Below are positions 45,165 to 53,215 of a DNA stretch of 53,342 nucleotides, one piece after another. Location of the stretch: contig JBDKJD010000005.1 in NCBI GenBank assembly GCA_039796775.1, forward strand, positions 1-53,342, read 5' to 3'. The notes beneath the pieces were generated by a model that had not been told where the DNA came from, did no database searches, and was given only the letters and a program-made list of their open reading frames with translations. Source of the DNA: Candidatus Parcubacteria bacterium. GTDB lineage: Bacteria > Patescibacteriota > Minisyncoccia > Phycocordibacterales > UBA5272. The position numbers were made by a program, and so were the translations under genes. The number at the start of each line of letters is the position of its first letter. The stretch's first letter is position 1.

Positions 45165-46748
45165 ATGGACCTTTCTTCTTCTATTTTTTCGGACATTCAA
45201 TTTGATTTAATCGGTGTCGTGGTTGCTGTAGTGGGTATTCTCGTTTTAGCTGGTATTGTATTTGCTCGTAGTACTAACAGTATCACTAGCAGAAGTTTCT
45301 TTTTCTTTGCGTTCGTAACGATTTTTTGGGGGCTATCAAACTATTTTTTATATAAGTTTTCAGATCCAGAGCTCGCCCTTCTTGCCCTTCGGTTGCACAT
45401 CTTTTTAACCATATGGCACGCGTATTCTTTCTTTCAGCTTGCGTTCGTGTTCCCTTATGAGAATAAAGTGCTACCTGCTTGGCACAGATATGTTTTACTC
45501 CCTCTAGCATTTTTTACTTCGTCACTCCTCCTTATTCCTTTTATCTTCAAACAGGTAAGTGGCCTTATCTCAGTTAATGAAGTGATTAATCCAGAGCAGA
45601 GTCAAGGTATTATCTTGGCAGCCGTCGTAACATTTAGCTTCTTTGTCGCTGGACTTCTTGTACTCCTCCGTAGAGTTTATGAAACAAAAGGAGACGAGCG
45701 TAGGCAGGTTATGCTCATGTTTACTGGAATGTCACTAACCGCTGGACTCCTTCTCCTTTTTAGCTTTATTCTCCCGATTGGGTTTAAGAACTTTAACTTT
45801 GTGCCGTACGGAGCTTTATTTATATTCCCAGTTATTGTTTTTACTGCCTACGCTATTTATCTAGTCGAACTATTCCACGTCAAAAATATTTTCGCTGGAC
45901 TTTTTACATTCTTCCTGTGTACCGTTTCTCTCATAGAGCTCATTCTCGCTGAAAGTGTAGAACAAGTACTTCTTCGTGTTGCTGTCTTTTTCTTAACACT
46001 CATTATCGGTATCCAGCTTGTTAAAAACACTTTTGAAATTGAATTAGCCAATGAGCAGAAGTCGGAGATTATGTCTTTTGCTACCCACGAGATAAGAACA
46101 CCCCTTACTGTTATGCGTGGGTATGCAACAATGCTCTTAGACGGTGATAAGGGTGAGATTAGTCCGCGCGTCAGAGATCTTCTTCAAAAAATTCTCATTT
46201 CTGGAAATGATGTCATAACTTTGTTATCTCAGTATCTAGATAAGTCTAAAATTGAGCTCGGGCAGATAGAGTATGTAAAAGCCGATTTTGATCTCGCGCG
46301 TACGGTCAACGATGTGCTTAGCACTTTCCAGATCAACGCAGAACAAAAAGGTATCACTTTAACGAAAGCAGTTGAGACTAAAGAGAGGCACATGGTTTTT
46401 GCGGATCAGTCGAAAATCAAAGAAGTACTAACGAATGTTATTGATAATGCGCTTAAGTACACACCACACGGCTCAGTTAATGTTTCTGTTCGAAATGAAA
46501 AGGATTTAGTAATTGTTAAAGTGTCAGACACTGGGATCGGTATCAAGCAAGATACGATACCGCATCTTTTTAAGGAATTTTCTAGAGCTGATCTAAAGAG
46601 AGTGAATATTCTCGGCTCAGGTATTGGTCTTTATTTAGCCAAGAAGTTTATCGAAGCTCACAAGGGAAGAATTTGGGTTGAGTCAGAAGGCGAAGGGAAG
46701 GGGACTCAGTTTTTTATACAGTTACCAGAATCTAAGACAAAGCACTAG
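45165..46748 (+). CDS. Sensor histidine kinase with polytopic N-terminal domain (paralog of 43062..44669)
   Basis: The H-box is SFATHEIRTPL, the N-box NVIDNALKYT, and the G-boxes DTGIGI and GSGIGL. Confidence 0.9.
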   Translation: MDLSSSIFSDIQFDLIGVVVAVVGILVLAGIVFARSTNSITSRSFFFFAFVTIFWGLSNYFLYKFSDPELALLALRLHIFLTIWHAYSFFQLAFVFPYENKVLPAWHRYVLLPLAFFTSSLLLIPFIFKQVSGLISVNEVINPEQSQGIILAAVVTFSFFVAGLLVLLRRVYETKGDERRQVMLMFTGMSLTAGLLLLFSFILPIGFKNFNFVPYGALFIFPVIVFTAYAIYLVELFHVKNIFAGLFTFFLCTVSLIELILAESVEQVLLRVAVFFLTLIIGIQLVKNTFEIELANEQKSEIMSFATHEIRTPLTVMRGYATMLLDGDKGEISPRVRDLLQKILISGNDVITLLSQYLDKSKIELGQIEYVKADFDLARTVNDVLSTFQINAEQKGITLTKAVETKERHMVFADQSKIKEVLTNVIDNALKYTPHGSVNVSVRNEKDLVIVKVSDTGIGIKQDTIPHLFKEFSRADLKRVNILGSGIGLYLAKKFIEAHKGRIWVESEGEGKGTQFFIQLPESKTKH

Positions 46749-46750
46749 GT

Positions 46751-47152
46751 ATGAAGAAAATTTTAATCATCGAGGATAACAAAGACTTGCAGGATATCTA
46801 TAGACATAGCTTCGAAAAAGATGGATATACAGTTGTAACTAAAGATAACGGACAAGATGGGTTCGATGCAATAGCAGAGGAGTTACCAGATGTTATTTTG
46901 CTTGATTTAATGATGCCTGGGGTTAATGGCTTTGAGTTTCTTCAGAAGATAAAAGCTATTGAGGGGGTGAATATTCCCGTTATTGTATGCTCTAATATTT
47001 CTGATATAGAAATGATAAATAAAGCTATTCAGGAAGGAGCCGCAGCTGTCCTTCTCAAAGTCGACTATGTTGGCAGACAATTAGTCGATAAGGTTAATTA
47101 TTTGGTTGAAGAATTTAACAAGAAAAAAGAAAACACCGAAGAAGTTGCTTAA
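46751..47152 (+). CDS. Receiver-only (CheY-like) response regulator (paralog of 44712..45092)
   Basis: It has IIEDN, DLMMP and LLKVDY. No output domain is present. Confidence 0.85.
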   Translation: MKKILIIEDNKDLQDIYRHSFEKDGYTVVTKDNGQDGFDAIAEELPDVILLDLMMPGVNGFEFLQKIKAIEGVNIPVIVCSNISDIEMINKAIQEGAAAVLLKVDYVGRQLVDKVNYLVEEFNKKKENTEEVA

Positions 47153-47284
47153 CTTCCAAAGTTCCCCACTTAAACTTGTGTGCCTTATTCTTGCTCCTCG
47201 TATAGTCTTTAAATAACGGACGCTGCATACTAGATGCAATAGTGAGACTTTCCTTTTTTTGAGCTTTGTGTTAGAATATATCCC

Positions 47285-47581
47285 ATGTTAAAAATCAGAT
47301 TACAACGCACAGGACGCAAGAATGACCCGTCTTTTAGACTTATTGTCACAGAAGGAACTCTTAAGCCTAAGACATCTCAATTCGCTGAAATTCTCGGTTC
47401 TTATAACGTGAAGCTCGGTGTTTTCTCAGCTAAGGCTGACAGGGTGAAGCATTGGATTTCTGTAGGAGCTCAAGTGAGTGATACAGTTCATAACCTTCTC
47501 GTTTCTAATAACGTTATCGAAGGAAAGAAAATCAACGTTCTCCCTAAGAAAAAACCAGTCGTTAAAAAGGAATCAAAATAA
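47285..47581 (+). CDS. rpsP: 30S ribosomal protein S16
   Basis: The MLKIRLQRTGRKNDPSFRLIV N-terminus is diagnostic. Confidence 0.92.
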   Translation: MLKIRLQRTGRKNDPSFRLIVTEGTLKPKTSQFAEILGSYNVKLGVFSAKADRVKHWISVGAQVSDTVHNLLVSNNVIEGKKINVLPKKKPVVKKESK

Positions 47582-47696
47582 TACGACCAATGTTTCCAAC
47601 AAAAGCAACGACATCACGTTGTTTTTTTGTGAATAACATACTGTTAAAGAAAGAAAATTACTGTTACGATTAAACAATAGATACAATATAAAGAAT

Positions 47697-48044
47697 ATGA
47701 AAGATCAAGAATTTGTTGAATATGTAGTAAAAGCATTAGTAGATAATCCAGATGGAGTTAAGGTAGATAGACGAGTTGATGAAATGGGGGTGCTCATTAC
47801 ACTTGATGTGACAGCGGCAGATATGGGAAAGGTTATCGGTCGTGATGGTGCTACAGCTAAGGCATTACGTACACTTCTTCGTGTTGTTGGTATGAAGAAT
47901 AACGCTCGTGTGAATCTTAAGATCAATGAACCAGAGGGAAGAGCTCGTACTTCTGGAGAGGAGAATGCAGCACCTACTGATCACTTTGCTCGTTATGATA
48001 CGACAGATGTAGATGCCGTGATGAACGACCTGAAAAGCCTCTAG
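47697..48044 (+). CDS. KH-domain RNA-binding protein (YlqC/UPF0109-like) with C-terminal extension
   Basis: It has a GKVIGRDGATAKALRTL GXXG motif and the usual position after rpsP. Confidence 0.8.
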   Translation: MKDQEFVEYVVKALVDNPDGVKVDRRVDEMGVLITLDVTAADMGKVIGRDGATAKALRTLLRVVGMKNNARVNLKINEPEGRARTSGEENAAPTDHFARYDTTDVDAVMNDLKSL

Positions 48045-48140
48045 CTTTTAGCAGTTTGCTTTTAGCTAACAAAAGCGCCTGTGGCGCTTTTGTTGTATTT
48101 GGAAGCCAAAGGCTCATAGCTAAGAGCCAAAAGCTGTGTT
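48045..48140. repeat. GCTAAAA-family heptamer tracts in inverted orientation flanking a terminator hairpin
   Basis: The left tract is agcttttagcagtttgcttttagct (minus sense). The right tract is agccaaaggctcatagctaagagccaaaagct (plus sense). Confidence 0.65.
48071..48091 (+). terminator. Rho-independent terminator between the KH gene and trmD
   Basis: aaaagcgcc tgt ggcgctttt. Confidence 0.75.
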
Positions 48141-48152
48141 AGTATTTTGTTA

Positions 48153-48872
48153 ATGAAACAAGCACCGCTTAGATTCCACATTGTAACTATTTTCCCCGAT
48201 ATGTTCGTCAGCTATTTTGCTGAGTCGATTATTTCCCGCGCAATTGAGAATAAGCTAATAGAAGTGAAGACCTATGCGCTGCGTGAATATACGAATGATA
48301 AGCACAGGAGAGTGGACGGTAAGCCGTACGGTGGTGGACCAGGTATGGTGATGTGGGTAGATCCAATCATTAACTGCGTAGAAACTATTAAAAAAAAGAT
48401 AGAATCTAAGAATAAAAAGCTAAAGGCTAATAGCCAAAAGCTAAAAGCTTTGATTGTTATCTTTAACGCTGGTGGGGAAAAGTTTACCAATACGCTTGCG
48501 CAAAAGTCTGCAAAAGGATACACGGATATTATGTTTATTTGTGGTCGCTATGAGGGGGTTGACTCTCGTGTGAAGAAAATTTTGAAAGCCAAAGAGTGGA
48601 GTATTGGGGACTATGTTTTGACAGGTGGCGAGCTTCCAGCTATGGTCTGTATTGATGCAATATCGCGACAGGTAAAAGGGGTGCTCCATGACGAGCTTTC
48701 TCTAGAAGAGAAGCGTGTAGCGTCCCATGAGATATATGCGCGTCCTGAGGTGTATGAGACTGGAGGTAAGAAATATCGTGTGCCTAAGGTGCTACTCTCT
48801 GGTAATCATAAACTCATTGAAGAGTATCGAATGAAAAAAGAAAATACGATAGGAAAGAAGAAAGTTAAATAG
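48153..48872 (+). CDS. trmD: tRNA (guanine37-N1)-methyltransferase
   Basis: Motifs IVTIFPDMF, GGGPGMVM, CGRYEGVD and LTGGELPA. The start is taken at the ATG rather than the upstream TTG. An inserted Lys-rich loop is encoded by a heptamer array. Confidence 0.9.
   Translation: MKQAPLRFHIVTIFPDMFVSYFAESIISRAIENKLIEVKTYALREYTNDKHRRVDGKPYGGGPGMVMWVDPIINCVETIKKKIESKNKKLKANSQKLKALIVIFNAGGEKFTNTLAQKSAKGYTDIMFICGRYEGVDSRVKKILKAKEWSIGDYVLTGGELPAMVCIDAISRQVKGVLHDELSLEEKRVASHEIYARPEVYETGGKKYRVPKVLLSGNHKLIEEYRMKKENTIGKKKVK
48415..48449 (+). repeat. (AAWRGCY)x5 heptamer array inside the trmD coding sequence
   Basis: The array reads aaaagct aaaggct aatagcc aaaagct aaaagct. It is almost identical to the smc leader array at 36974-37008. 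It is read in the one frame without stops, giving KKLKANSQKLKA. Confidence 0.85.
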
Positions 48873-49007
48873 TTAATTGTTATTAGTAATTAGTGGAAAT
48901 TCAAGAAGATATTAATGAGTAATACACATCTTTAAAATCTTTAACAGTCAACTAGTTTTTATATTTTTTATTTGTTACAATTGCTTGTACTTATTAAAAA
49001 ATAATAA

Positions 49008-49279
49008 GCCAAGATAGCTCAGTTGGTAGAGCACTTCCATGGTGGGTCGTAAAAGATTCCTGCCCACTGTATAGGTAACTATGTAGTGAATCCCGAATAA
49101 CGGTTAACGGCTGATAATAAGCTAAGACCGTGGCGTTACTTTTTTAAAAGTTTTAACGCCCGAACGACTGACAAGGGTATCCATGTATGGATAAAGATAC
49201 AGTCTAGTCCCTGTGTATAAGAATGAAGATAGGGTGTAAACGAAGGAAGAGGTCGCGGGTTCGATTCCCGCTCTTGGCT
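49008..49279 (+). tRNA. tRNA-Thr(GGU) interrupted by a group I intron after anticodon position 36
   Basis: Exons 49008-49043 and 49243-49279 join into a 73-nt cloverleaf. The acceptor stem is GCCAAGA/TCTTGGC and the D arm GCTC-AGTTGGTA-GAGC. The anticodon stem is CTTCC/GGAAG with loop ATGGTAA. The V loop is AGGTC and the T arm GCGGG-TTCGATT-CCCGC. An alternative splice junction would give ACG (Arg), but the intron would then lack a terminal G. Confidence 0.8.
49044..49242 (+). ncRNA. Group I intron (small, no ORF)
   Basis: P1 is GGTGGG/CCTGCC with U.G at the splice site. P2 is CACTGTATA/TATGTAGTG (49065-49088). P6 is GGCGTTA/TAACGCC (49132-49160). The R-like element is GAACGACTGACA and the S-like element AAGATACAGTCTAGTCC. 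P7 is GACTG/CAGTC, P8 TATCCAT/ATGGATA and P9 CCCT/AGGG. The intron ends in G at 49242. Confidence 0.8.
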
Positions 49280-49287
49280 CAAAAAAT

Positions 49288-50400
49288 ATGACACAGGAAC
49301 AATTTCCTCAGCAACCAGCACAGTCAAAGAGAGAGTCTGATTTTGAAAAAATGGAGACTGGCAAAAAAGTTTTTGATTTTTTAGAGAGAATAAAGTTTTT
49401 AGAATTTAGGAAGTCTGATGAAGATTTTGAGAAATGGATAAAGCAACTATCTTTTGAAGAGTTTGAACAATATCTCAACCGTTTAAATGGTATGATGAGA
49501 AGCTTGCCAAAAGACGAGAGGGGCAGGGATGGTGACGATGTGAAGATTGAAACCTCTAATCCTTTTATATCTTACACTGAATATCTTCCACCGGATTCTT
49601 CCCAAAAAGACTCTTTAATGAAAGAAGCTTTTGTTGCATTTAAGCAAATTTCAAATAACGAAGATAGAGCACTGCTACTTTACTATATTATACAAGCTGT
49701 TCATCCGTACTCTGATGGGAATGGAAGACTCGGAAGACTTCTTTACGAACTGGTATCTAGCAGTGGTAAAGACTTAAAAGAAGAAGACTTATCTAAGTAC
49801 CTTGATCACAATAAAAAAGGTCATAATGGAAATGGGGAAGGGAGGGAATTTTTCGCAAAGAAGATATTAGAACCAAAACATGCCTATTATTATATTAATA
49901 GAGAGGTTGCCCGCGAAGTTCTTGGAAAAGGTTTTACGCAAGAATATGGGAAGCTTTATCTTTATTCCCCGCTTGATAGTGCGCCAACATTTAATCATCT
50001 TAAAGAGGGTGACGATGGATTATCTGTTAGAGAGCTTAGTTTAGCTCAAACTGCTCTTCAGCAGACGGGTGTAGATCATTTTTCATTTAGTGGACTTATC
50101 TTGTCAAAACTCATGCAGGAAAAATCTTCTTTACAAAAATATCAAAAACAAGGTATGATTTTGGGTGATAATTTTGGTGTGGCTCAAGAAGATGTGAATA
50201 AGCATATATTTTCAATTGACGACGAAGAGATGGTTAAAGAATTTACAGCGGGAGATGTTCGGAGAATAATTGAGATTAATAGCGACCTTAAAATTAAATT
50301 TGTGAGAACAATCATTGACATTTTTGTTCACCCAGAAAGCCATCAAGTAAAAGTTTCTGAAGATGAAGAAAGTCTTCCAATAAAGCAACTTTTTTCCTAG
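49288..50400 (+). CDS. Fic-domain protein (putative AMPylase or other NMP-transferase)
   Basis: The core motif HPYSDGNGRLGR matches HxFx(D/E)GNGRxxR. The gene starts 9 nt after the tRNA. Confidence 0.8.
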   Translation: MTQEQFPQQPAQSKRESDFEKMETGKKVFDFLERIKFLEFRKSDEDFEKWIKQLSFEEFEQYLNRLNGMMRSLPKDERGRDGDDVKIETSNPFISYTEYLPPDSSQKDSLMKEAFVAFKQISNNEDRALLLYYIIQAVHPYSDGNGRLGRLLYELVSSSGKDLKEEDLSKYLDHNKKGHNGNGEGREFFAKKILEPKHAYYYINREVAREVLGKGFTQEYGKLYLYSPLDSAPTFNHLKEGDDGLSVRELSLAQTALQQTGVDHFSFSGLILSKLMQEKSSLQKYQKQGMILGDNFGVAQEDVNKHIFSIDDEEMVKEFTAGDVRRIIEINSDLKIKFVRTIIDIFVHPESHQVKVSEDEESLPIKQLFS

Positions 50401-50556
50401 ATTTTAATTTAAACTGTAATCTAAATTAGTCAGAGTAGTTTGGTTGATAAGGTGTTTTTCCTATAACAAATAGAGCCTAAGTCCCATCTTCGTTTGTTGT
50501 TTTTACACCCCCCCATTCTATTTACGCTATCCCACTAAAAGCGTACACTATTCTCT

Positions 50557-50593
<37 letters not shown>

Positions 50594-50597
50594 CCCT

Positions 50598-51728
50598 ATG
50601 CAACCCCTTGCTTCACGCCTTCGCCCAACGTCACTTAATGATTATATCGGCCAATCTCACTTAGTTGGAGAAGAGAAGCCACTTCGTGTGGCTATTGAGA
50701 AGAAGCATATCTTTTCTTTTATTCTCTGGGGGCCACCGGGATCAGGTAAGACCACTCTCGCACGCATCTATGCAAAAGCCATCAACGCAGATTATCATGA
50801 ACTTTCTGCTGTCTCTGCAGGGAAGGATGATATACGTCGTATCGTAGATATTGGCGGAGATCTTTTCGGGCCGAGAGTTTTATTCCTAGATGAGATTCAT
50901 CGTTTCAACAAAGCTCAACAAGATTTTCTTCTTCCGTACGTCGAATCTGGGAAGCTTATACTAATCGGCGCCACCACAGAGAATCCAAGCTTCGAAGTCA
51001 TCTCGGCGCTCCTATCCCGATGTAGAGTATTTATTTTGAATGAACTTACACAAGATGATATCAGTCGTATTATCGAAAGAACTGGTCTCTCAATAGACGA
51101 AGAAGCTCGCTTGATGTTATACGCATTAGGCGGTGGAGATGCTCGGCAGATACTTGGCGTTATTTCTTCAACTAATGATCTTTACGGGACGATAACCACA
51201 GAGACAATTAAAAATACTATTCAATCAAAACATCTCCGTTATGACAAGAAGGGTGAAGAGCATTACAACACGATAAGTGCATTTATTAAAAGCATGCGCG
51301 CGTCACAGACAGATGCTGCAATGTATTATCTCGCGCGTATGATTGATGCAGGAGAGGATCCAAAGTTTATCGCACGACGTATGGTAATATTCGCATCCGA
51401 AGATATTGGTCTTGCCGACAAAGGTGCTCTTATTATTGCTAATGAAGTATTCAAAGCTGTAGAAACAATAGGGCTACCTGAATGCGGTATCAATCTCGCA
51501 CACGGTGTGGCGTATCTCTCACAAGCAAAAAAGGATCGTAGTGCCTATGACGCATATAAAGATGCTCTCGATGATGTTAAACAACTAGGGAATCTAGCTA
51601 TTCCGATTAGATTACGTAACGCTGTGACAGGACTTATGAAAGAGAGTGGATATGGAGAAGGGTATGAGATGTATAGCAAAGAAAGTTTTTTGCCAGAAGA
51701 ACTCAAGGACAAGAAGTATTTTTCTTAG
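50598..51728 (+). CDS. rarA: Replication-associated recombination protein A (MgsA/RarA AAA+ ATPase)
   Basis: Walker A is GPPGSGKTT and Walker [12 protein letters not shown], with a C-terminal MgsA domain ([19 protein letters not shown]). Confidence 0.9.
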   Translation: MQPLASRLRPTSLNDYIGQSHLVGEEKPLRVAIEKKHIFSFILWGPPGSGKTTLARIYAKAINADYHELSAVSAGKDDIRRIVDIGGDLFGPRVLFLDEIHRFNKAQQDFLLPYVESGKLILIGATTENPSFEVISALLSRCRVFILNELTQDDISRIIERTGLSIDEEARLMLYALGGGDARQILGVISSTNDLYGTITTETIKNTIQSKHLRYDKKGEEHYNTISAFIKSMRASQTDAAMYYLARMIDAGEDPKFIARRMVIFASEDIGLADKGALIIANEVFKAVETIGLPECGINLAHGVAYLSQAKKDRSAYDAYKDALDDVKQLGNLAIPIRLRNAVTGLMKESGYGEGYEMYSKESFLPEELKDKKYFS

Positions 51729-51731
51729 GGT

Positions 51732-52190
51732 TTATAGATTTTTTAACTCCTCATTGATTACTTCTAGCGCAGCCTCATGCTTTTTCTTTTCTGCTTCGTA
51801 GATTCTTTTTCTTAAGTAAGAAGAAGAGTACCCGTGATCACGAGTATTAAAGACTGTTTCTAGCGGCAAATCATGCCCTGTAAAAGGTTTTCCTTTCCAA
51901 TCAGCTCCAATAATTCTCACATGTATTCCGTGCTCATTCTTAGACAAGAGGTCATAGAGGTCTTTTTCTGTATCATAGAGCACTATTTTGTCTATATACT
52001 TTATGGCGCTTAGTTGCTCCATTCGCTCTGCAAGCTCTTGAACAGGCTTATTCTTCTCGGGTCTATCTAAGGTCGGGTCTGTATGTAATCCTACTATGAG
52101 GTAGTCACAGTAATCTCTGCACTCCTTAAACATGAGTACATGGCCCGCATGACATAAGTCGAAAGCTCCACACGTGAATCCTATTTTCAT
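51732..52190 (-). CDS. Cytidylyltransferase-family protein (TagD / RfaE domain II-like)
   Basis: N-terminal GAFDLCHAGHV matches the (H/T)xGH nucleotidyltransferase motif. Confidence 0.75.
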   Translation of the reverse strand: MKIGFTCGAFDLCHAGHVLMFKECRDYCDYLIVGLHTDPTLDRPEKNKPVQELAERMEQLSAIKYIDKIVLYDTEKDLYDLLSKNEHGIHVRIIGADWKGKPFTGHDLPLETVFNTRDHGYSSSYLRKRIYEAEKKKHEAALEVINEELKNL

Positions 52191-52244
52191 ATTATTTCGA
52201 ATAATAACATAAGAAGTAGATTATTTGCTATACTTGCAGCTATT

Positions 52245-53129
52245 ATGGAAGAGAATCTTGATAAAGAAATTCTTGATCTGGAGAGAGAGATGAATGCCAT
52301 AGATTTCTGGCAGGATAAAGAAAAGGCTCAGGCAGTTATCAAGAAAATTAAAGAATTGAAGGATAAGAAGGAAGGAGTTGGAGCGTTGGATAAAGGCGGG
52401 GCTATTATGTCTATCTTGGCTGGGGCTGGTGGGGACGACAGTGAGGACTTTGCTCGGATACTTCTTGAGATGTATATGAAGTATTGTGACAGACATGGAT
52501 ATACATACACGTTTCTTCATGATAACAGAAACGATCATGGTGGATATCGTAACCTCACAATTGAGATAGAAGGGAAGAATGTATACGGTAACCTAAAGAA
52601 TGAGTCTGGTGTTCATCGCCTTGTGCGCGTATCACCCTTTAACGCTCAAGCAAAGCGTCATACATCGTTTGCTCTTGTTGAAGTGCTCCCGATTATTCCG
52701 CACGCCGAGAGAAAAGCTTTATTGACAGATGAGATACGAATAGAGACATCGAAGGCGAGCGGTCCAGGAGGCCAGAACGTTAACAAGCGCGAGACTGCGG
52801 TACGTGTCGTGCATATTCCTACCAATATCGCAGTGCATGTAGCGACAGAGAGAGAGCAAGAGCGTAATAAACAAAAAGCGTTAGATATTTTGCAATCAAA
52901 ACTCTTCGCGCTTGATGAAGAAAAAAGAAAAGCAGAGATAGAGGGAAGACAAATTAGCAAAACGACAGAGATAGAGTGGGGTAATCAGATACGCTCATAT
53001 GTTCTTCATCCGTATAAGATGGTGAAGGATCATAGAACTGACTATGAGACGAGTAATGTTGAAGCAGTCCTTGAGAAAGGGGAGATAGAGGAGTTTATTA
53101 GAATGCAGAATGTAGAATATAGAGCATAG
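52245..53129 (+). CDS. prfB: Peptide chain release factor 2, short form without programmed frameshift
   Basis: It has the SPF tripeptide (VSPFNAQ) and GGQ (SGPGGQNVNK). It is 294 aa, and the alignment begins where canonical RF2 resumes after its frameshift site. Confidence 0.85.
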   Translation: MEENLDKEILDLEREMNAIDFWQDKEKAQAVIKKIKELKDKKEGVGALDKGGAIMSILAGAGGDDSEDFARILLEMYMKYCDRHGYTYTFLHDNRNDHGGYRNLTIEIEGKNVYGNLKNESGVHRLVRVSPFNAQAKRHTSFALVEVLPIIPHAERKALLTDEIRIETSKASGPGGQNVNKRETAVRVVHIPTNIAVHVATEREQERNKQKALDILQSKLFALDEEKRKAEIEGRQISKTTEIEWGNQIRSYVLHPYKMVKDHRTDYETSNVEAVLEKGEIEEFIRMQNVEYRA

Positions 53130-53147
53130 AATATTAGAGTATAGAAA
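53113..53147 (+). repeat. TAGARNN heptamer tract straddling the prfB stop
   Basis: TAG occurs at 53113, 53120, 53127 (the real stop), 53135 and 53142. Confidence 0.75.
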
Positions 53148-53215
53148 TGCCTGAGAATACCTACGCAAAGATAAGAGTGGTTTACTCGTTTAAAAATCAA
53201 AAGTATACTTCCCCG

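Noticed and set aside
52191-52260. A programmed +1 frameshift site for prfB
   Set aside because: No CTT TGA C context is present. The 54 nt upstream contain stops in all frames and abut the divergent gene start, so there is no room for a 5' exon.
52221-52538. The 105-aa minus-strand ORF overlapping the prfB start
   Set aside because: It is antisense to a strongly supported RF2 gene, has no start signals, and its sequence is unremarkable.
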